Below are positions 37,623 to 43,143 of a stretch of 43,143 nt of DNA, piece by piece. Every line of letters starts with the position of its first letter. Position 1 is the stretch's first letter. This stretch comes from a virus (taxonomy: Duplodnaviria; Caudoviricetes): positions 1 through 43,143 of the IMG/VR virus record IMGVR_UViG_3300018018_000014; one strand, 5' to 3'. The position numbers and the translations under genes were made by a program. A model generated the notes under the pieces. It worked only from the letters and a program-made list of their open reading frames with translations. It was not told where the DNA came from and searched no databases.

Positions 37623-40151
37623 TTAACTACAGTTAGAATTACCACATATTTTACAGGTAGGACAACCACCCTTATAATATACTTGTTCCGAATGACATAA
37701 TGGACATTCCGTTCCACTAAGCTCTCCGTCAGCTATATATTTTTTAAGTATTCTAGACATAGCTCTTTGAAAACTAAAGAGGTCCCCGGCACATCCAGTC
37801 TTAGTAATTTGTTCGCAGACATATCTAATAGGAATTCCATGACGCAATGCTAAACTAACCATTCTTGTAAAAGCTCCATATTCCCTATTATTAAAATGTT
37901 TATTAATATCCTTAAATTCTAGCTTTTCGTTGTTGTCAGTCAAAGAACCTAATATTAAATGATATTGGGTTATCCCATTTTTATTTTTGCCATTCTTAAG
38001 AATCCAACCCGTACTATATTTGTGAGGAATTTCAAACTTATTGCTATTACCTCCAAATACTTCATAGGGTTGTTCATTATGCATTCCTACAAAAAATAGC
38101 CAATCTCCTTTTCCGACTTTACTTCTATGAATTTCACAAGGCATCACTTCAGATCTTTTGGGAGCAGTAGAAAGAATAATTTTAGTAGGACGTTGGCCAG
38201 CCTGAACTAATTCTCTCAACTTGTTACCCGCTTCATCACAATCTTCGCATGCCCTAGTGTTTGTAGAAGCTTCTTTGGTTGCCACTCCATCTCTTGTTCC
38301 TTCTCTATAAATTGTAACCCCCTTACATCCTTCTTCCCATGCCAACTGATAAAGTTTTTCAACCGTTTTTATATCGGTATTAGCGGGTAGATTAATGGTT
38401 GATGAAATAGCGTGATCTATATACGATGTTGCTATCCCCTGCATTTTTACCCTTTCTTCATAATGTATCTCTGCTGCTTGTGCTCCAAAATAAGGGCTAT
38501 CTTTAAATTCTTTACCAGTAATTTTTTTGAATATTTTTAGGCCCGGATGTTCAACCTTATAATTTTTCCATTTATCTCCCATTGCATCTACAAAATCGGG
38601 TTTATCTTTATCATTGTCGGTTAATTTTCTTTTACGTACATATTCTGCCAAAATAACAGGTTCAAAGCCCCATGTGGTTTGAGTAAGTATCGAACAGGAA
38701 CCAGCGGGAGGAACGGTAAGACAAGCTATATTTCTTCTTCCTGTTTTTGCCATCTCTATTAAAATATCTTTGGGTAATCTATTAAGAAACTTATTGTCCT
38801 TTTCTTTTTTACTATCCCAAACAGGAAATGTTCCTCTCTCTTTTGCCATTTGAATTGAAGAACGATATGCCTCATCTCTAATAATAGTAAAAATAGTACG
38901 AACAATTTCCATAGATTCCTTACTACCATACTTAACATTTAACATGGCAATACAATCTCCCAAACCAGTAACTCCTAAACCAGTTCGACGGCTTTCTATA
39001 CAGGTTTTTTGAACCCCTTGCCACAAATCTAATTCATTAGCTTTAGTCTTTTCATCTTCGGGATCTGATTTAACTTTTTCTATTATTTTTTGTACCGCTT
39101 CTATTTCAAGATCAACCATGTCGTCAATCAATCTCTGGGCTTTACGAGTGTTTATCCTTAATAACTCTTCGTTTAATTTGGCCTCTAAGGTAAACATATT
39201 TAATACATATGATGCCAAATTTTGAAGGAGTAAAATACAAGACCCCATATTTCCAGCCAACGGAAGTTCACCGCAAGGATTTGTAGAACAAGTGGCATAT
39301 CCAATATCTGAATAAGAATCTGCTGGACTATTTTTTACTATAGTATCCCAGAATAATATACCGGGCTCTCCACTTAACCAATTGGATTTTATTAGTTCAT
39401 CCCATATTTCTTTTGCCTTAACGTCTTGTTTGAATTGTGGTTTATCGCTATTTACGGGCCATCTTTGTTCATAAATTTCTTTCTTATTAACGGCTTTCAT
39501 AAATTCATCGGTAATCCTGACTGAAATATTGGCTCCGGTTACCTTGGTTAAATCTCTCTTTGCCCTAATAAAATTAAGAATCTCTGGATGATGAACGGAA
39601 TTACTTAACATTAATGCTCCCCTACGTCCATGTTGAGCAACTTCCCTAGATGAATTAGAAAATCTATCCATAAAGACCCTTATACCGTCAGTAGTAAGGG
39701 CACTATTTTTAGTAGGCATACCTTTGGGACGAAGAGGTGAAATATCTAAACCTACGCCGCCTCTACGTTTACTAATTTGAACAATTCTTTCGTCAGCCCT
39801 ACAAATTCCACCATAACTATCTACAACGCTGGTTACAAAACAATTACTTAAGCTTGATATCTGATAAGGATTGCCAATACCAAACATTGGACTACCTTGA
39901 GGAACTACATATTTAAACCTATCAAACAGATTAAATATTTCTTCTTCAGACATTGGATTGGGATATTTCTGTTCAATCCTAGCGAATTCTTTAGCTAGTC
40001 TTCGATGCATTTGTTCGGGACTAGATTCTTTAAGTTCCAGCTTTTCGTTCCTCATTGCATACTTGGTTACAAAAACTTCTGCGGCTAATTCGTCCCCTTC
40101 AAAATATTCAACAGATTTTTTAAGAGCTTCTTCCCTAGTATATGTTTTCAT
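37623..40151 (-). CDS. nrdJ: Class II (adenosylcobalamin-dependent) ribonucleotide reductase
   Basis: SLSNCFV, GRRGALM, TNPCGE, AISSTINLP, KGVTIYR and C-terminal CxxC zinc ribbon; no class I Tyr pair. Confidence 0.9.
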   Translation of the reverse strand: MKTYTREEALKKSVEYFEGDELAAEVFVTKYAMRNEKLELKESSPEQMHRRLAKEFARIEQKYPNPMSEEEIFNLFDRFKYVVPQGSPMFGIGNPYQISSLSNCFVTSVVDSYGGICRADERIVQISKRRGGVGLDISPLRPKGMPTKNSALTTDGIRVFMDRFSNSSREVAQHGRRGALMLSNSVHHPEILNFIRAKRDLTKVTGANISVRITDEFMKAVNKKEIYEQRWPVNSDKPQFKQDVKAKEIWDELIKSNWLSGEPGILFWDTIVKNSPADSYSDIGYATCSTNPCGELPLAGNMGSCILLLQNLASYVLNMFTLEAKLNEELLRINTRKAQRLIDDMVDLEIEAVQKIIEKVKSDPEDEKTKANELDLWQGVQKTCIESRRTGLGVTGLGDCIAMLNVKYGSKESMEIVRTIFTIIRDEAYRSSIQMAKERGTFPVWDSKKEKDNKFLNRLPKDILIEMAKTGRRNIACLTVPPAGSCSILTQTTWGFEPVILAEYVRKRKLTDNDKDKPDFVDAMGDKWKNYKVEHPGLKIFKKITGKEFKDSPYFGAQAAEIHYEERVKMQGIATSYIDHAISSTINLPANTDIKTVEKLYQLAWEEGCKGVTIYREGTRDGVATKEASTNTRACEDCDEAGNKLRELVQAGQRPTKIILSTAPKRSEVMPCEIHRSKVGKGDWLFFVGMHNEQPYEVFGGNSNKFEIPHKYSTGWILKNGKNKNGITQYHLILGSLTDNNEKLEFKDINKHFNNREYGAFTRMVSLALRHGIPIRYVCEQITKTGCAGDLFSFQRAMSRILKKYIADGELSGTECPLCHSEQVYYKGGCPTCKICGNSNCS

Positions 40152-40205
40152 ATTTCTTTTTTATCCCGGTGCTAATTGTTCTTAAAAAAAATATTCCACC
40201 CTCTT

Positions 40206-41372
40206 TTATTTTTTGTCCCCGTAATAAGACACAATATCCTCAATGAAAAAGTGAGGTATTTTTTCTAAAAAATTTTCACAATCAATCTTAAGATTCCAAT
40301 CGTTTTCCCTATTTAGACATCTTTCAATTAATTTTTCTCCATGATTAATATATAATTCTTTATCTTTCAAAGACACAAAACTTCTTATTTTTGAAATATT
40401 ATCTTTAATTTCGTCTGCCGCATAAAGTCTCCAAGGTTCGTTCTTAACAATATTATTTGCCCTAATAACCCGCATATCATAAAGCTGATTTCTATTTCCG
40501 AAATTTCTAGATATTTGATAACTATGGGTGGTTGCGAATATCTGGCTTTTAGGAAAACATTTTTTCATAGACTCAATTAATTGAATGTGTCTTCCTGATT
40601 CTACGTGCATTTCGGCATTATCTATACATACTATTGCAGGATTCATTTCTTTATTTAAAAGGGTAGAAAATGATTTAACAATTTTTCTTTCTCCAGCGCT
40701 ACATTCCTTATGACTTATAATTTCATTGGGTTTATGGATTGTAAAGCCCAATACATACTTTCTTAAAATGTCGTCCTGAGGAGATTTGAGATTACTTTCT
40801 TCTGCATTAAAAAGTGTTTTTGTTTCTTCAATATTAAAACCAGTAACGGCTTCAAACAGCTCTTTAAATATATTCCACTTTCCCCTTGCTAATTGAAATT
40901 GATGTAATTCCTGATCAAATTTAGCATAAAAACAAATTCTATTAATAATTTCTTTAATCTCTGCTGGATGATCTTTAATAAAGCCTGATTTTGTTAATTG
41001 GACTTCATAATTCCCAAGAGAACATTCAATTTGGGCAGTAATTAAAAAATCAGTATCTTTGTCATACATTGCCTTAGTATTTCCATCTGCGTGTCTTACC
41101 GATTTTCCAAGAAGAGCAATTAGTCTGAGAATATCCCTGCCATCGTACTTAGAGAAAATTATAGAAATAGCATCTAGAACTGTCGTTTTTCCGCATCCAT
41201 TTGGCCCGAAGAAGCAGGTAAAATTTCTACATTTGTTACCTTCAAAAAAATTAAATGTAGCATCATCAAAAACCTTGAAATTTTTAAAATTAAGCGACTT
41301 TAATTTTATAATTGGTGTTTTATTTGAATCAATTTTAAAGTCCGGTGTTTCCACTTTTTTCGTCTTTTCCAT
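40206..41372 (-). CDS. ABC-type ATPase (AAA_15/AAA_21, SMC/OLD-like head without coiled coil)
   Basis: NFKNFK, Walker A GPNGCGKT, signature CSAGE, Walker B variant VCIDNAEMH, H-loop TTHS. Confidence 0.8.
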   Translation of the reverse strand: MEKTKKVETPDFKIDSNKTPIIKLKSLNFKNFKVFDDATFNFFEGNKCRNFTCFFGPNGCGKTTVLDAISIIFSKYDGRDILRLIALLGKSVRHADGNTKAMYDKDTDFLITAQIECSLGNYEVQLTKSGFIKDHPAEIKEIINRICFYAKFDQELHQFQLARGKWNIFKELFEAVTGFNIEETKTLFNAEESNLKSPQDDILRKYVLGFTIHKPNEIISHKECSAGERKIVKSFSTLLNKEMNPAIVCIDNAEMHVESGRHIQLIESMKKCFPKSQIFATTHSYQISRNFGNRNQLYDMRVIRANNIVKNEPWRLYAADEIKDNISKIRSFVSLKDKELYINHGEKLIERCLNRENDWNLKIDCENFLEKIPHFFIEDIVSYYGDKK

Positions 41373-41523
41373 ATTTACCTTGTACCATTTTTTTTACAGT
41401 ATCTTTATCAAATATAACTTTTCTTTCTTCATATTCTGTTACCGGAGCGTCCATGGGCAGATTTGCGATATTGGTTTTAGCTCCATGAGGAATATAAATT
41501 TTAGGTTCTCTTTCTTTTTGCAT
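41335..41523 (-). CDS. Small hypothetical protein
   Basis: 62-aa ORF filling the gap between two genes. Confidence 0.5.
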   Translation of the reverse strand: MQKEREPKIYIPHGAKTNIANLPMDAPVTEYEERKVIFDKDTVKKMVQGKYGKDEKSGNTGL

Positions 41524-41525
41524 AA

Positions 41526-41978
41526 TTACATCGTTTTTAAATCTTCAGTAAGAATCATTTGAATTAAACTTGCATGAAATATAAAAGAAAGCTTATCTCT
41601 AAAAAATCTCATTCCGAATTTACGATATTCATATTTGTTAACCATTGAATGATAATCGCCTTTAAGATCTGTTAAAATCTTTACGAATTTATCCATATGT
41701 TCCCTGACAAATAACTCACCTAAAAAATTTACCATATACTGAGAAGAAAATTCCGTTTTGTATTTTAACACGGCGTCATAATTTAATCCTATAGTGTGAA
41801 GCGGAACGTCAAAACCAATATCGCCTTCTTCACTGCATTTATCGTCCAGTATTTTAATTTCTGAATTATTAGCCAAGATAATTCTTAATAATTCTACGTA
41901 CTTGCTGGATTTTTTATTTAAAGTTGGAATTGAACTATTTTCGATATTCTGTTTTATAGCTGTTACAAATTCGTCCAT
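41526..41978 (-). CDS. Hypothetical protein
   Basis: GGAG RBS; upstream TGTATAATA motif. Confidence 0.7.
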   Translation of the reverse strand: MDEFVTAIKQNIENSSIPTLNKKSSKYVELLRIILANNSEIKILDDKCSEEGDIGFDVPLHTIGLNYDAVLKYKTEFSSQYMVNFLGELFVREHMDKFVKILTDLKGDYHSMVNKYEYRKFGMRFFRDKLSFIFHASLIQMILTEDLKTM

Positions 41979-42065
41979 AATCTTTCTCCGTTTCTATATA
42001 CTGTCGATGTATTTATATTATACAGATGTTCCTTAAAAATCTAAATATTGTTCATATCGTTTTAA

Positions 42066-42090
42066 AGGTTATTAGATCAACTATTTAGAA
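42066..42090 (+). promoter_or_regulatory. sigmaH-like promoter motif for the lysozyme gene
   Basis: AGGT-N16-TAGAA on the plus strand. Confidence 0.65.
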
Positions 42091-42125
42091 GTATTATTCA
42101 AATATTAAATGGAGATGTCCTGCTG

Positions 42126-42980
42126 ATGAATAAAATACCTTTTAAAAAAATAGGCGAGATACGAACAGAATTAAAGCAGCTAAATGGATTAAACTGGTAT
42201 ACAAAACATGCTATTGCCCAAGAATTAATTAAAGAAGCTGGATGGAAAGAAAATATTTTTTCTGGTATTTTAGCTGCAGTACTGATGGTATTGAATGGCA
42301 CTACTGTTGAAGCTGCGGCCAGAAAAACAAACACGAGACAGAAAGACATTATGATGGCAATGCAGGACGCTGACACGGTTAATAAAGCTATTAATATATG
42401 GAAAACCCCGGCAGAAAATAAACCAGTAACAACCCCTATTAAACAACCACAACAAATAAATACTAACCCGCTAACTCCTACACCTATGCCTACTTTTAGC
42501 GATATTTACACCTTTATTAAGTCTAACGAAGGTTATAAAACAAAGGCATATAGAGATCCAGCGGGTAATTTATCAATAGGCATAGGCTTTAACTTAGATA
42601 GACCAGTGGCAAAAACTTTATTAAAAAACATGGGAATAAGTTATAAAGCAGTAAGACAAAGACAAAGAAGTTTAAATGACAGTGAAATAAAATATCTTTT
42701 TAAACACGATGTTAATGTTGCGATAAATAGTGCTAAGCAATTTGTTAGTAATTTTAATAACCTCCCTTACGAAGCTAAAATAGTTTTAATAGATATGGCA
42801 TATAACATAGGACCTAACGGTTTAAACATGTTTCAAGAGCTCAAGAATGCCCTAGAAAATTTTAACTTCAAACAGGCTGCTAGGGAAATGGAAAGTTCTA
42901 AATGGTATTCTCAAGTTAAATCAAGGGGTGAAAAATTAGTAGATATAATAGAAAGTATCCCCTTAAGGATGTCGGGATAA
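42126..42980 (+). CDS. T4-type (GH24-like) lysozyme with N-terminal extension
   Basis: IKSNEG...AYRD..G.LSIGIGFNL, DMAYNIG, SKWYSQVKSRG. Confidence 0.9.
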   Translation: MNKIPFKKIGEIRTELKQLNGLNWYTKHAIAQELIKEAGWKENIFSGILAAVLMVLNGTTVEAAARKTNTRQKDIMMAMQDADTVNKAINIWKTPAENKPVTTPIKQPQQINTNPLTPTPMPTFSDIYTFIKSNEGYKTKAYRDPAGNLSIGIGFNLDRPVAKTLLKNMGISYKAVRQRQRSLNDSEIKYLFKHDVNVAINSAKQFVSNFNNLPYEAKIVLIDMAYNIGPNGLNMFQELKNALENFNFKQAAREMESSKWYSQVKSRGEKLVDIIESIPLRMSG

Positions 42981-43023
42981 ATCTCTTTTCCTAAAGTATC
43001 TAACCATCTTGAATTTCCAAATT

Positions 43024-43143
43024 TTACTCCTTCGGCAAGAATGCCCCTGCCTTTAGGCAGGGGTTGAATTACCCTTTAAATCCTTTCTATTTGTTATTAT
43101 ACATCATTTGCTTTATAATTCAAGGAAAATAATTGAAAATAAA
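43024..43143 (+). mobile_element. Probable IS200/IS605-family left end (element continues beyond the window)
   Basis: TTAC (43024-43027), hairpin CCCCTGCC-TTTA-GGCAGGGG (43044-43063), then promoter, RBS and a TTG start at 43133. Confidence 0.45.
43091..43119 (+). promoter_or_regulatory. sigma70-type promoter
   Basis: TTGTTA-17 nt-TATAAT followed by AAGGA RBS. Confidence 0.6.

Noticed and set aside
40125-40151. NrdJ N-terminus MKTYTREE as a T4-like capsid targeting sequence
   Set aside because: Looks like an ordinary NrdJ N-terminus and lacks the K-x-A motif.
3749-41562. Numerous plus-strand ORFs overlapping minus-strand genes (e.g. 27844-28464, 41059-41562, 10517-10936)
   Set aside because: Antisense shadows of real genes, with no RBS or recognisable motifs.
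1-43143. Stop codon reassignment, tRNA or rRNA genes
   Set aside because: TAA, TGA and TAG all terminate genes with tight packing under the standard code; no cloverleaf or rRNA-like sequence was seen in the short intergenic gaps.

Overview
AT-rich, densely coded segment of a large tailed dsDNA phage genome (standard code, SD-type RBS), covering the head morphogenesis region. On the minus strand are an intein-containing terminase large subunit, a portal fused to a DUF559-like endonuclease, a 1845-aa prohead protease/scaffold, a putative decoration protein and a short HK97/encapsulin-like major capsid protein. Interspersed are a class II RNR, two ATPases, DUF1257/DUF2997-like genes, a trypsin-like protease, a peptidase/CCA-like polyprotein, a lysozyme, a phosphatase and a LAGLIDADG homing endonuclease. 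The most notable signal is a probable capsid cargo-loading and processing system. Many unrelated proteins share short N-terminal leaders (MNWYK-x-A, MKIY[KR]-x-A, FNL-x-K) ending in a [KR]-x-A-[S/A/Q/G] motif. That motif also recurs through the scaffold and at domain junctions. Four MNWYK genes are joined by identical 18-bp repeats. There are also 13 copies of a sigmaH-like promoter, a likely -1 frameshift, nested translation starts in the scaffold gene and a probable IS200/IS605 left end at the window edge. All product calls come from motif recognition by eye, not database searches.
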